DNA of 24,000 nucleotides from Pseudomonadota bacterium (GCA_041165345.1 JBEANQ010000013.1:1-24000), one strand, 5' to 3'; positions 15,092 to 24,000 are shown, counted from the stretch's first letter. Notes: generated by a model from the sequence alone, not told the origin. Numbers and translations: made by a program.

Positions 15092-15580
15092 ATGCCCTCA
15101 TTTGATGTTGTCTCCGAACTGGAAATTTTTGAAGTCAATCACGCCGTCCAAAACACCCAAAAGGAAATCGCCACCCGCTTCGATTTTCGGGGCAGTGACG
15201 TTTCGATTGAACTGAACGAAAAAAACAAAGAAATCAAAATTACTGGCGAAAACGAGCTGCAAGTAGACAACGTCTATTTAATGCTCGAAAACCACATGCA
15301 CAAACGCAAAATTGACATTCAGGCGCTTGACCCACAAGACCCAAGTGCCTCGGGCAAGCATATTCACAAAGTGGTGAAACTCAAAGATGGCCTTGACTCG
15401 GATACCGCTAAAAAGATCAACAAAGCCATTAAAGAAAGTGGCATCAAAGCGCAGGCTTCCATTCAAGGCGACAAAATTCGTGTGACCGACAAAAAGCGTG
15501 ACACGCTGCAACAGGTCATGAGCTTTTTGAAAGAGCAGCAATTTGGTGTGCCGTTGCAATTTAACAACTTTAAAGACTGA
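15092..15580 (+). CDS. yajQ: YajQ-family nucleotide / cyclic-di-GMP-binding protein
   Basis: 162 aa. MPSFDVVSE...NHAVQNTQKEIATRFDFRG...IQGDKIRVTDKKRDTLQ...LQFNNFKD is colinear with YajQ (UPF0234). ATG 15092 has AAGG upstream. Confidence 0.85.
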   Translation: MPSFDVVSELEIFEVNHAVQNTQKEIATRFDFRGSDVSIELNEKNKEIKITGENELQVDNVYLMLENHMHKRKIDIQALDPQDPSASGKHIHKVVKLKDGLDSDTAKKINKAIKESGIKAQASIQGDKIRVTDKKRDTLQQVMSFLKEQQFGVPLQFNNFKD

Positions 15581-15607
15581 CCCTCACCGGTCAGCACAGG
15601 AGCCAAC

Positions 15608-16105
15608 ATGAGTCAGCCTAACCGCTTAATGAAAGTTGTCAACGCCACAGCCCGTCTGCCCGCAGGCGTACGCACGACCCTGTTGTCGGTTGCTTTTGGA
15701 AAAATCGTTCCAATGGTGGCCACAGGTGGGATTCGCTACGACGTGGTCAGTACAGAGCAAGTGGTGTGTACCATCAAAAACCGCAAGCCCATGCAAAACC
15801 ATATCAACAGCTTACATGCTGTGGCGATGGCCTTGCTGGCCGAAACCGCCACCGGTTTTGTGGTTGGTGCAAACCTGCCAGACGACAAAATGCCGCTGAT
15901 CAAGTCGTTGCATTTGGACTATAAAAAGCTGGCAAAAGGTGACATGAAGGCCGTGGCAACCCTCACCGCCGAACAACGCCAGCGCATCATCAATGACCCG
16001 AAAGGCGAGGTATTAGTGCCTGTCGTCATCACTGATTCGACAGGAAACAGCCCCGTCGAAGCCCACATGTTGTGGGCTTGGGTGCCTAAAAAACGCACCG
16101 CTTAA
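15608..16105 (+). CDS. Hotdog-fold protein (DUF4442 / YiiD C-terminal-like thioesterase family)
   Basis: 165 aa. The pattern ...NHINSLHAVAMALLAETATG...LDYKK.AKG resembles PaaI/DUF4442 hotdog proteins. The assignment is recollection-based. Confidence 0.55.
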   Translation: MSQPNRLMKVVNATARLPAGVRTTLLSVAFGKIVPMVATGGIRYDVVSTEQVVCTIKNRKPMQNHINSLHAVAMALLAETATGFVVGANLPDDKMPLIKSLHLDYKKLAKGDMKAVATLTAEQRQRIINDPKGEVLVPVVITDSTGNSPVEAHMLWAWVPKKRTA

Positions 16106-16136
16106 CCAATAGCGGTCACACCCAGACCTATTGCAT

Positions 16137-17357
16137 TCAATGGGTCTTGGGTGGCAATGCGACTGAGGAATCTCCCGCACGGGTGACACGATGCGCACGG
16201 CGCGCACTCGGATGCGTGAGTTGTTGCGTTTCGAGCATACAACTGTGGTTGACCACCCGATTACGACCCTCTGTTTTGGCTGCATACAGCGCCTCATCGG
16301 CTTGACGCAATAAATCATCAACCTTGGCGTCAGGCCCACTCAACATACATGACACGCCAAAACTGCCCGTGACCACCACACGCTCGCCCATATCATTGAG
16401 TACGGTCGTCTGGCTTAAAATACGTCGGCATCGTTCAGCCACACTGCGTGCGGTATGACAAGTGACACCGTTGAGCACCACCAAAAACTCCTCGCCACCA
16501 AACCGTGCAATCAGGTCATCGGTACGTAAGCTGTTTTTAAGTGATTGCGCGGCCATTTTTAGCGCCCGATCACCAATTAAATGGCCGTGCTGATCGTTGA
16601 TCAGTTTAAAGTGATCCAAATCCAACAAGATCGCCGACACCGGATGCGGCTGTGGCTGCGACAACAACTGGGTCAGCAAATCATGCGCGGTGCGGCGATT
16701 GTACAACTCAGTCAGAGCATCGGTCTGACTCATGTGGTGAATACGCGCTTCTCGCTCACGCCATTGCAGCAAAAATTGATGCGCCACGGCCAAAATCATG
16801 ATGAGAAACGGAATCACAAAATAAACCTGACTCCAAAAATAGAACACCCCATAATCAGGTGATGAATTAATCAGTTGCTCATTAAACAATGGGGCATAAC
16901 GCAAATACCCCGCCACAGAGGCATAGGTAAGGCAACCCAAAAACACCCCACCACTGAGTACCGCAGCCAACACCACGCGGGGCGGCAACATTAAAATGCC
17001 AATCATGGGCGCACCGGCCAGCACCACACCCAACGACATGGCCAGTAGCCCACTGGCATAACCTGAAAAAACCATGGTAATCAAAAAAATAGACACCGCC
17101 CCCATACTAAGCGGCAGTTGCAAACGTTCACTTTTTCGATGCCGCACACATAAACAGAGCCAACTCACGGCCACCGTCAATGCACCTATGTAAATCCAAA
17201 ATACCTGCCAAATCATCTCGGCATTAACAAAATGTTGGTTAATCGGGTCACTGACATTATAAAGCCCCCAAGCAATATAGCTGAGGAGTTCAAAAATCAA
17301 GACAGCCATTAATAGTGCCGACGTCTCACTATATTTTAGCTCAAGCAAATTTCGCAT
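16137..17357 (-). CDS. Membrane diguanylate cyclase (GGDEF) with a multi-TM N-terminal domain
   Basis: About 7 predicted TM helices are followed by a GGDEF domain. RFGGEEF is the active site and RTDD, 5 residues upstream, is an RxxD I-site. ATG 17357 was chosen by alignment with the paralog N-terminus. Confidence 0.85.
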   Translation of the reverse strand: MRNLLELKYSETSALLMAVLIFELLSYIAWGLYNVSDPINQHFVNAEMIWQVFWIYIGALTVAVSWLCLCVRHRKSERLQLPLSMGAVSIFLITMVFSGYASGLLAMSLGVVLAGAPMIGILMLPPRVVLAAVLSGGVFLGCLTYASVAGYLRYAPLFNEQLINSSPDYGVFYFWSQVYFVIPFLIMILAVAHQFLLQWREREARIHHMSQTDALTELYNRRTAHDLLTQLLSQPQPHPVSAILLDLDHFKLINDQHGHLIGDRALKMAAQSLKNSLRTDDLIARFGGEEFLVVLNGVTCHTARSVAERCRRILSQTTVLNDMGERVVVTGSFGVSCMLSGPDAKVDDLLRQADEALYAAKTEGRNRVVNHSCMLETQQLTHPSARRAHRVTRAGDSSVALPPKTH

Positions 17358-17495
17358 TCTTGCGATCCATATTGTGATCATTGAGGAACAACACCGGCAT
17401 GCACACTAGGGCTACCCCTAGCTATCGTGAATACGCCCGCAAGCATACCCACTGAAACAGCATTTGTGTCAATTGCTGATCTCGCCCATCGTTGG

Positions 17496-18662
17496 TCATT
17501 TCAGCAATGACACCAAGGTCGTACTGTTTTTTGAAACATCTGAAACTGCCGACGTGACCACCACTTGATTACGTCCCTGTTTCTTTGCCACATACAGCGC
17601 CTCATCCGCATGCTGCAACACTTCATCAATCGCTTGTCCTGCATGACTTACGCCTGCCACCCCAAAACTTGCAGTAATTGGCACAGCTCCTGATGCGCTA
17701 TACAAGGTCATTTGCTCAATTTGAATACGGCAACGCTCGGCAAGCTTGGCACCGGCCTCCACATCTGCGCCATGAAAAATGAGAATAAACTCTTCGCCAC
17801 CAAAGCGAGCCACCACATCCTGTCCTCGTAGATGTTCTCTTAATGTATTGGCGGTCAGTCGTAACGCATCATCACCAATCAAATGCCCATGCTGATCATT
17901 AATCTGCTTAAAGTGATCTAAATCTAACAATGCCACCGTAACGGGCTGATGATCCACCCGTCGAATCGACTCTCCTAAATATTGATGCGCGAAGCGGCGG
18001 TTATAGACCCCTGTGAGTGCATCGGTTTGGCTCATGTATCGTACATGAGACTCTCGAGCACGCCATTGAGTCAAAAACAAATGGGTCGCTGCAATAATAA
18101 TGACCAAAAAAGGAACCACAAAACAGAGCTGACTACAAAAATAGAAAAGACCATAATCTGCTGATTCTCCTAATATTTGCTGCTTAAATAAAGGTGCATA
18201 AACAATCTCACCAATCATCGAAAAATAACACAATGAACCCAAACCAACTGCTGCCAGTAACGTGGCACCTAAGACCAAATGGGCAGGTAAAATCATAATA
18301 CCGATCATGGGTGCTGCAGCCATGACCACTCCCAAAGACATCGCCAACAAACCACTGACAAACCCTGCAAAGCTCATCACCACCACATAAATCAGCAATG
18401 CCCCAATCACCAAAATGGATTGCCGTGATGCATGCATGCGCCAATGTAGACACAATGCTGCCCATGCCAATGCCATTAAAATGGATAAGCCATACACGCC
18501 AAAAATTTGATTCAGCACATCAAGATTAATAAAAATAGCAAATTCAGGTATTTGTCGACATACAACACCCCAACTGATAAAACAGATCAGTTGAAAAATC
18601 ATGATACCCATTAAGATCGCAGACGTTTCCGCTTGTCTGAGCTCCACAAAATTACGACGCAT
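17496..18662 (-). CDS. Membrane diguanylate cyclase (GGDEF), paralog of 16137-17357
   Basis: It has the same architecture, and shared blocks include GLLAMSLGVV, DYG.FYF.SQ, MSQTDALT and LLDLDHFK.INDQHGHLIGD. The active site is RFGGEEF with an RGQD I-site. ATG 18662 (MRRNFVELRQAETS...) parallels MRNLLELKYSETS in the paralog. Confidence 0.85.
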   Translation of the reverse strand: MRRNFVELRQAETSAILMGIMIFQLICFISWGVVCRQIPEFAIFINLDVLNQIFGVYGLSILMALAWAALCLHWRMHASRQSILVIGALLIYVVVMSFAGFVSGLLAMSLGVVMAAAPMIGIMILPAHLVLGATLLAAVGLGSLCYFSMIGEIVYAPLFKQQILGESADYGLFYFCSQLCFVVPFLVIIIAATHLFLTQWRARESHVRYMSQTDALTGVYNRRFAHQYLGESIRRVDHQPVTVALLDLDHFKQINDQHGHLIGDDALRLTANTLREHLRGQDVVARFGGEEFILIFHGADVEAGAKLAERCRIQIEQMTLYSASGAVPITASFGVAGVSHAGQAIDEVLQHADEALYVAKKQGRNQVVVTSAVSDVSKNSTTLVSLLK

Positions 18663-18853
18663 ATGGGTGCATTCCTTGCCCAAATGATCAATCACCCCTA
18701 TCACACGGAGCGAGTCTGATGCCATCAGCATCGTTCACTGTTGATCCCTCTTGATCAAAGACTAACGGATTCACACCATCAATCAACACAGCACACACAT
18801 TATCAGACTAAGCAAGAATGAACGGTTATTCAATATTCTATGAGATCTCAACA

Positions 18854-18877
18854 CACCGGCTCAAAGGCCGGTGTTTT
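18854..18877. terminator. Perfect 7-bp hairpin between trxC and the GGDEF gene
   Basis: CACCGGC-tcaaag-GCCGGTG is followed by TTTT on the + strand. Both flanking genes are on the - strand, where the U-tract is poor (TGTTGAG) and an A-run precedes the stem. Confidence 0.4.
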
Positions 18878-18907
18878 GGGTACAGCATGAGGCAAAACCG
18901 CCCCACC

Positions 18908-19330
18908 CTATAGATACGGTTTTAGCCATGCCAATAGTTGTGCCGAGCGCATCGCACCCGCGACACGGGCGATTTCTTGGCCTTGTTTAAACAAGATCAG
19001 CGTCGGAATACTCCGAATCGCATAGTGACCACTAACTTGCGGTGCTTGCTCGGTGTTGACTTTAACAAAGCGCACCAGCGGTTGATCGCTCGCCGCTTGG
19101 GCAAACTGGGGAGCCATGCTTTGACAAGGCCCACACCACTCTGCCCAAAAATCGACCAGCACCAAGGCTTCGGTGTGTTGCACATAATGCGCAAAATTTT
19201 GGTCATTCAAGGCGATTGGATGGGTTGGAAACAATCCAGACTGACAGCGGCCACATACCGGCTGCTGGCTCACGCGATCATCAGGCACACGGTTTTTGGT
19301 TAAACATTGTGGACACACGACTAACATCAC
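18908..19330 (-). CDS. trxC: Thioredoxin 2 (TrxC) with an N-terminal zinc finger
   Basis: CPQC...CGRC zinc-binding pairs and the WCGPC active site. 140 aa. Confidence 0.9.
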   Translation of the reverse strand: MMLVVCPQCLTKNRVPDDRVSQQPVCGRCQSGLFPTHPIALNDQNFAHYVQHTEALVLVDFWAEWCGPCQSMAPQFAQAASDQPLVRFVKVNTEQAPQVSGHYAIRSIPTLILFKQGQEIARVAGAMRSAQLLAWLKPYL

Positions 19331-19353
19331 ACCCTCCCATCAGTCGACTAGCG

Positions 19354-20238
19354 TTAGGCCAATTGGGTCTTTAAAAACGCCAATTGAGTTTTGATGTTTT
19401 CGTTAAACCATGCACCATGATACGGGTCAAAATGCCCCATCGGCCATTCTACGTATTGCACCTGTTTGATTTTGTGGGCGGCAATACGGGTGGCTTCAAT
19501 CGGGATCAATGAGTCTTCCACGGCGGCGATCACCAGCGCGGGGCATTTGATTTTGCCGGTTTCTTTGATTGGGCGGTACTGACTGGTGGTGATTAAAATC
19601 CGTGCAGGCACTAACCCCGCCCACGTTGACCCCGCCTGAATCATGCCCATAAAACCGCTGTAGCAGTCGGGCGCTGCCAAACACCGCACGCCACTGGTGC
19701 CAACCACTGGCACGCGAATCGGGGCGCGACCTAGCTTAGAGCCAGCCAAATCTTTGGCAGCCAGCAGCATGGCCTGCGGCAACAGATGCTTGGGATACAA
19801 CAACGCACTGGCAAGACCATCAACATGCGGCACTTGTGCCATGACCGCCCGAATGCCTTTTTCACGCGCGGCGGTGACCAACACATGGCCGCCACTAAAC
19901 GACGTGCCCCACAGCACAATTTTTTTGACATCAATATCTTTGCGTTTTTTGACTTGGTTGAGCACCGCCCGCCAGTCTTCAAGGTGATGACTCGGCGAGA
20001 CCAGCTCACGCGGCTTACCGGTTGAGCCACCAAAGCCACGATAATCAAACAGCACCACGGCATAACCCGCCGTGGCAAAGGCTTCTGCAAATGCAGGCAG
20101 GCCAAATTTACGTTCTGCGGCAAAGCCATGCGCCATAATAATGACTGGTGGCTTGCGACCTTTGTTGGGGCGATAAAAATCAGCGCCCAGCGTATCGTCT
20201 TGGCTGTTGAGGATGAGCGGTTCAACGGTGTAATTCAT
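19354..20238 (-). CDS. Alpha/beta hydrolase
   Basis: Oxyanion region MAHGF, nucleophile elbow GTSFSGG (GxSxG), and C-terminal WPMGHFD histidine. 294 aa. Confidence 0.75.
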   Translation of the reverse strand: MNYTVEPLILNSQDDTLGADFYRPNKGRKPPVIIMAHGFAAERKFGLPAFAEAFATAGYAVVLFDYRGFGGSTGKPRELVSPSHHLEDWRAVLNQVKKRKDIDVKKIVLWGTSFSGGHVLVTAAREKGIRAVMAQVPHVDGLASALLYPKHLLPQAMLLAAKDLAGSKLGRAPIRVPVVGTSGVRCLAAPDCYSGFMGMIQAGSTWAGLVPARILITTSQYRPIKETGKIKCPALVIAAVEDSLIPIEATRIAAHKIKQVQYVEWPMGHFDPYHGAWFNENIKTQLAFLKTQLA

Positions 20239-20335
20239 GGTGGTTGCCTGCCTGAGTCAGCCTATTTTGACCAAATCATGCCAGAAAATTGCGACAGTCA
20301 GGGTGGTTTTTGTGCCGCTAGGGTCAGCAGCTCGG

Positions 20336-21205
20336 TCAGCCGCCCAACACATTTAAGGGAAGACGCAGGTAAGCCAAGCCGTTTGTTTGTGTAGTCGGCA
20401 ATTGTCCGGCACAAATATTGACCTGAATAGACGGCCACATCAGCCGAGGTACGGCCAATGTGGCATCACGCTGGTTACGACAAGCGACAAAGTCATCTTC
20501 GTTTACACCGTCATGCACATGAATGTTCAATGCTTTTTGTTCACCCACCGTGCTATAGACCTGATGCGGCCGCCCGTGTGGCGGGTAGTCATGACACACA
20601 AACAAGCGGGTGTGTTCGGGCAATTGTAGCAAGCGCTGAATCGAGCGATACAAGGTGCGCGCATCTCCAGCCGGAAAATCACAGCGTGCCGTGCCAACAT
20701 CGGGCATAAACAGGGTATCACCAACAAAGACTGCATCATCAATCTGATAGGCCATGTCTGCAGGGGTATGACCGGCCACATGTAAGGCAGTGGCCGTCAA
20801 TGTGCCAATCGCAAAGGTGTCTTGGTCGGCAAACAGGTGATCAAACTGACCGCCATCAGCGACAAAGTCATCGCCCAAGTTCAACAAGGGCTTAAACGCT
20901 GCTTGAACCTGTGTAATGGCCTGCCCCATGGCTATTTTTCCGCCTAAGGTGCGCTTTAAGTACATGGCCGCAGACAGGTGGTCGGCATGGGCATGGGTTT
21001 CTAAAATCCACTCGACGCGTAAGTGTTGCGCATGAACATACGCCACGATGCGGTCTGCCGAGACGGTCGATGTCCGCCCTGCTGCACCATCAAAGTCCAA
21101 CACCGCATCAATAATCGCACAGGCTGTGCCTGCACCCGCATGCACCACATGGGTAAAGGTTTCGGTTTGAGGGTCTAAAAACGACTCGATGTGTAACGCT
21201 GACAT
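20336..21205 (-). CDS. MBL-fold metallohydrolase, Blh / persulfide dioxygenase-like
   Basis: ETHAHADH metal-binding motif, HVAGHTPADMAY, and FLDPQTETFTHVV at the N-terminus. It is divergent from a BigR-like regulator and YeeE/YedE genes. The dioxygenase function is inferred from this context. Confidence 0.65.
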   Translation of the reverse strand: MSALHIESFLDPQTETFTHVVHAGAGTACAIIDAVLDFDGAAGRTSTVSADRIVAYVHAQHLRVEWILETHAHADHLSAAMYLKRTLGGKIAMGQAITQVQAAFKPLLNLGDDFVADGGQFDHLFADQDTFAIGTLTATALHVAGHTPADMAYQIDDAVFVGDTLFMPDVGTARCDFPAGDARTLYRSIQRLLQLPEHTRLFVCHDYPPHGRPHQVYSTVGEQKALNIHVHDGVNEDDFVACRNQRDATLAVPRLMWPSIQVNICAGQLPTTQTNGLAYLRLPLNVLGG

Positions 21206-21267
21206 GACCTAACTCCAGTAGGCATTGAGCGCCAATAAGCCACGCACGCCCAAACAATATATATTTT

Positions 21268-21305
21268 TTTATAATATTGACTCATATATTGTCAAGCCTT
21301 AAAGT
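21268..21305. promoter_or_regulatory. Overlapping divergent sigma70-like promoters sharing an inverted repeat (candidate BigR operator)
   Basis: On the + strand: TTGACT (21277-21282), a 17-nt spacer, then TAAAGT (21300-21305). On the - strand: TTGACA (reverse complement of 21290-21295), a 16-nt spacer, then TATAAA (reverse complement of 21268-21273). The two -35 boxes form the inverted repeat TTGAC-N9-GTCAA (21277-21295). A 10-bp palindrome, AATATATATT, lies at 21256-21265. Confidence 0.5.
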
Positions 21306-21344
21306 GCCAAGCATGCCCCCTGTGATGGGCTGGAGGTTGCCGCA

Positions 21345-21680
21345 ATGACCGCTGTTTCTGCTTTACCCGCCGCACCCGATTGGGCCTTGATGCAACAGGC
21401 CGCCGGACGTGCCAGTCAATTGCTCAAGGCGCTGTCTCACCCTGACCGCTTGTTGCTGCTGTGCCAATTGTCTCAGGGAGAATACTGCGTCAATGAGCTT
21501 GAACAGTTGGTTGGATTAGGCCAGCCCAGCTTGTCGCAACAGTTGGGTGTATTGCGCCAAGAAGGATTGGTCAGTACCCGTCGCGCAGGCAAACACATGT
21601 ACTACCGCATCAACAGTGACGACGCGTTGGCGGTGTTGCAATTGCTGTATACGCGCTTTTGCCCCACGGAGCCGTCATGA
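21345..21680 (+). CDS. bigR: ArsR/SmtB-family regulator, BigR-like persulfide sensor
   Basis: HTH region LKALSHPDRLLLLCQL...ELEQLVGLGQPSLSQQLGVLRQEGLV. It has one Cys in LLLCQL and a C-terminal Cys in TRFCP, the arrangement known for BigR. The genomic context is Blh plus YeeE/YedE. Confidence 0.7.
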   Translation: MTAVSALPAAPDWALMQQAAGRASQLLKALSHPDRLLLLCQLSQGEYCVNELEQLVGLGQPSLSQQLGVLRQEGLVSTRRAGKHMYYRINSDDALAVLQLLYTRFCPTEPS

Positions 21681-22120
21681 TGATTCACATGGATTGGGTG
21701 GCCTTTAGTCCGTGGCAGGCACTGATGGGGGGCGGGCTGATTGGCCTTGCCACCACGCTGTTGTTGTTGGGGATGGGCCGGATTGCTGGGGTGAGTGGCA
21801 TTGTTGGTGGGTTATTCATGCCACAAGGCTGGCGGCACGCATGGCGCTGGTGGTTTGTGGTGGGGTTAATGGCCGCCCTCCCGCTGTATCGTCTGGTTGC
21901 AGACGTGCCTGCCATTGAAGTGAGCAATCAACCGGCGCTGCTGATCACGGCTGGACTATTGGTGGGTGTGGGCACGCGTTATGCCGCAGGCTGTACCAGT
22001 GGACATGGCATTTGTGGTCTATCACGCGGGTCTGTGCGCTCGGTGGTGGCGACTGTGACCTTTATGTTGGCTGGCTTTGTCACGGTCTGGATCAGCCGTC
22101 ATGTGTGGCAAGGGGGATAA
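21677..22120 (+). CDS. YeeE/YedE-family membrane protein (sulfur-compound transport)
   Basis: The ATG overlaps the bigR stop (ATGA). It is polytopic and carries the conserved GCTSGHGICGLSR motif. Confidence 0.8.
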   Translation: MMIHMDWVAFSPWQALMGGGLIGLATTLLLLGMGRIAGVSGIVGGLFMPQGWRHAWRWWFVVGLMAALPLYRLVADVPAIEVSNQPALLITAGLLVGVGTRYAAGCTSGHGICGLSRGSVRSVVATVTFMLAGFVTVWISRHVWQGG

Positions 22121-22123
22121 GAC

Positions 22124-22543
22124 ATGCGTGCAATCTTGACGTTGATGGCGGGGCTGCTGTTTGGCTTGGGCTTGATTGTGGCAAACATGATCAACCCACA
22201 AAAAGTATTGGGTTTTTTAGACCTCATGGGTGCATGGGATCCGTCTTTGGCGTTGGTCATGCTGGGGGCGCTTGCGGTGGGCGTTCCCGTGTTTGCATGG
22301 GCCACGCACACGCCACACAGTTGGTGCGGAACGGCGATTGAATGGCCGCAAAACACCCAGATTACCCGACGCTTGGTGTTGGGCAGTGTCGCTTTTGGGG
22401 CGGGCTGGGGCTTGGTTGGCTTATGCCCTGCACCCGCATTGGTCGCCGCCATGACGGGTCATCCCAGTGTCTTGATTTTTGTGGCCGCAATGCTGGCTGG
22501 ATTTGGCCTGTTTGCCCTGCTTGACCGACCCAAGGCCCGCTAA
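22124..22543 (+). CDS. YeeE/YedE-like membrane protein (DUF6691-type partner)
   Basis: 139 aa with 4 TM helices. NPQKVLGFLD and GAGWGLVGLCPAPA are typical of the second half-protein of split YeeE/YedE pairs. Confidence 0.75.
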   Translation: MRAILTLMAGLLFGLGLIVANMINPQKVLGFLDLMGAWDPSLALVMLGALAVGVPVFAWATHTPHSWCGTAIEWPQNTQITRRLVLGSVAFGAGWGLVGLCPAPALVAAMTGHPSVLIFVAAMLAGFGLFALLDRPKAR

Positions 22544-22544
22544 C

Positions 22545-24000
22545 ATGAGCCTGCTGCCCCGCTGGGCCAACCGATCAACCCTGCGCCGTCATGGCATGGC
22601 CGACGGGATCGCCGGTGTGGTGGTGGGGTTTTTGCTGATCCCTCAAAGTTTGGGCTATGCCTTGCTGGCCGGTTTACCGCCGGTGTATGGCCTGTATGCG
22701 GCTATTTTGCCCACGATGTTGTACGCATGGGTGGGCGCCAGCAATACTCAAGCGGTGGGGCCGGTGGCGGTGACCTCAGTCATGACCGCTCAGGCCTTGT
22801 GGTGGGTGTTGCCTGCTCACAGTAGCCTTGCCACCTATGCCGCCAGTGCCGCAGCGTTAGCGGGATTGGTTGGCCTGATGCTGTGCGCAGCCAGTGTGAT
22901 GCGGTTGGGCTGGCTGACCCAGTGGCTGAGTCGTGGCGTGATGGCCGGTTTTATGACCGGTGCGGCCGGTTTGATCATATTAAACCAAGCCCATCATGTG
23001 CTGGGCGCCCCCCTACAGAGCGATCAGCTGCTGCATTTGCTCACTCATCTGTGGCAACACCCGCCACAGGTTCATCTGGCCACATTGATGCTGGGACTGC
23101 TCAGCATTGCCGTGCTGTGGGCGGTGCGGCGCTATGCCACACGCGGCTTGATTCACCTCGGGGTGCCTACGGCTGTCGCGGGTCTGGTCAGCAAACTGGC
23201 GCCGCTGCTGTGGGTGGTCGCCATGACCGTGCTATCGGCATCGGTACAGTTTAATGCGTTGGGTGTTCACGTGGTGGGCGCACTGCCTGCCGGACTGCCA
23301 CAGCTACAATGGCCCAGCGGCTTATCGGTTAATCAGCTGCTACAACTGTTGCCCTCAGCAGGGTTAATCACCCTGATCGCCTTTATCAGCAGTGCTTCAG
23401 TGGCGCAAATCGTGGCACGCCAACGCCAAGAACCGTTTGATGCCAATCAAGAATTGGCTAGCCTTGGCCTTGCCAATCTGGGCAGCGCCCTGTCACAGGG
23501 TTTTCCAGTGACCGGTGGGTTTTCTCGCACGGCGGTCAACCTAGAGGCTGGTGCGCAAACGCCACTGGCAGGCGTGGTCTGTGCTGTTGTCATGCTTATA
23601 GTGTTATGGCAAGGGACTGGCTGGTTTTATCATTTGCCCTTGGCGGTGCTTGCGGCAGGCATTGTGGTGGCGGTGTTTGGCCTGATTGATCTTCAGACCT
23701 TCGTACTGGCGTGGCGCGTTGATCGTGCTGACGCATGGGCGTATCTGGGCACGTTGTCGGGTGTTGTATTGCTGGGTCTACAACAGGGTCTGATCGTCGG
23801 CTTGTTGGTGTGTTTTGCCATGTTGTTGCGGCGCAGTCGCCGTCCTCATATGGCAGTGTTGGGACAAGTCGGGCAAACCGCACATTTTCGGAGTGTCACC
23901 CGCCATAACGTCCACACATGGCCGTCGTTATTGGTTGTGCGCATTGATGACAGCCTCTATTTTGCCAATATTGACAGCGTCACCCAATACATCAACCACG
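22545..24000 (+). CDS. SulP-family anion transporter; the 3' end lies outside the window
   Basis: It is absent from the ORF track because it has no stop in the window. I translated it by eye from ATG 22545 to the window end with no stop codon. The start reads MSLLPRWANRSTLRRHGMADGIAGVVVGFLLIPQSLGYALLAGLPPVYGLYAAILP. Later come TGGFSRTAVNLEAGAQTPLAG and the beginning of a STAS domain (VVRIDDSLYFANIDS). Confidence 0.85.
   Translation, partial: MSLLPRWANRSTLRRHGMADGIAGVVVGFLLIPQSLGYALLAGLPPVYGLYAAILPTMLYAWVGASNTQAVGPVAVTSVMTAQALWWVLPAHSSLATYAASAAALAGLVGLMLCAASVMRLGWLTQWLSRGVMAGFMTGAAGLIILNQAHHVLGAPLQSDQLLHLLTHLWQHPPQVHLATLMLGLLSIAVLWAVRRYATRGLIHLGVPTAVAGLVSKLAPLLWVVAMTVLSASVQFNALGVHVVGALPAGLPQLQWPSGLSVNQLLQLLPSAGLITLIAFISSASVAQIVARQRQEPFDANQELASLGLANLGSALSQGFPVTGGFSRTAVNLEAGAQTPLAGVVCAVVMLIVLWQGTGWFYHLPLAVLAAGIVVAVFGLIDLQTFVLAWRVDRADAWAYLGTLSGVVLLGLQQGLIVGLLVCFAMLLRRSRRPHMAVLGQVGQTAHFRSVTRHNVHTWPSLLVVRIDDSLYFANIDSVTQYINH

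Noticed and set aside
18854-18877. Treating the CACCGGC hairpin as a strong terminator for trxC.
   Set aside because: The T-run lies on the + strand while both neighbouring genes are on the - strand. It may still act as a weak or bidirectional terminator, so I list it as a feature at low confidence and not as a finding.

Overview
This is a 24-kb chromosomal window from a Gram-negative, gammaproteobacterium-like genome. G+C is mostly above 50% in hand-counted lines. Gene order, left to right:
- The 3' part of a GMC oxidoreductase.
- creB-creC, separated from creD by a ~1.8-kb insert that carries a self-inhibited (class II) Fic/DUF4172-type protein. A cre-tag-like TTCAC-N6-TTCAT site still sits upstream of creD.
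- A hypothetical gene, a TrmB-like methyltransferase and yacG.
- A minus-strand, translationally coupled operon of mcrB-like, mcrC and ycbL-like MBL hydrolase genes.
- Directly upstream of that operon, a visibly AT-rich ~3.2-kb islet (about 11460-14687). It is bounded by 46/47-nt imperfect direct repeats that duplicate the 3' end of the neighbouring rhodanese gene. It holds a decayed 820-bp IS, a lipoprotein ORF coupled to a small ORF, a 178-aa orphan ORF and a GC-normal gene remnant.
- Rhodanese, yajQ, a hotdog-fold protein and two tandem paralogous membrane GGDEF cyclases.
- A BigR-type persulfide-response locus: a Blh-like MBL hydrolase, an alpha/beta hydrolase and trxC, divergent from bigR-yeeE-yedE-sulP.

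I saw no rRNA, tRNA or CRISPR array. The best candidate for something undescribed is the orphan cargo of the AT-rich islet next to an architecturally atypical McrB. Its function cannot be assigned from sequence alone, and I say so explicitly.
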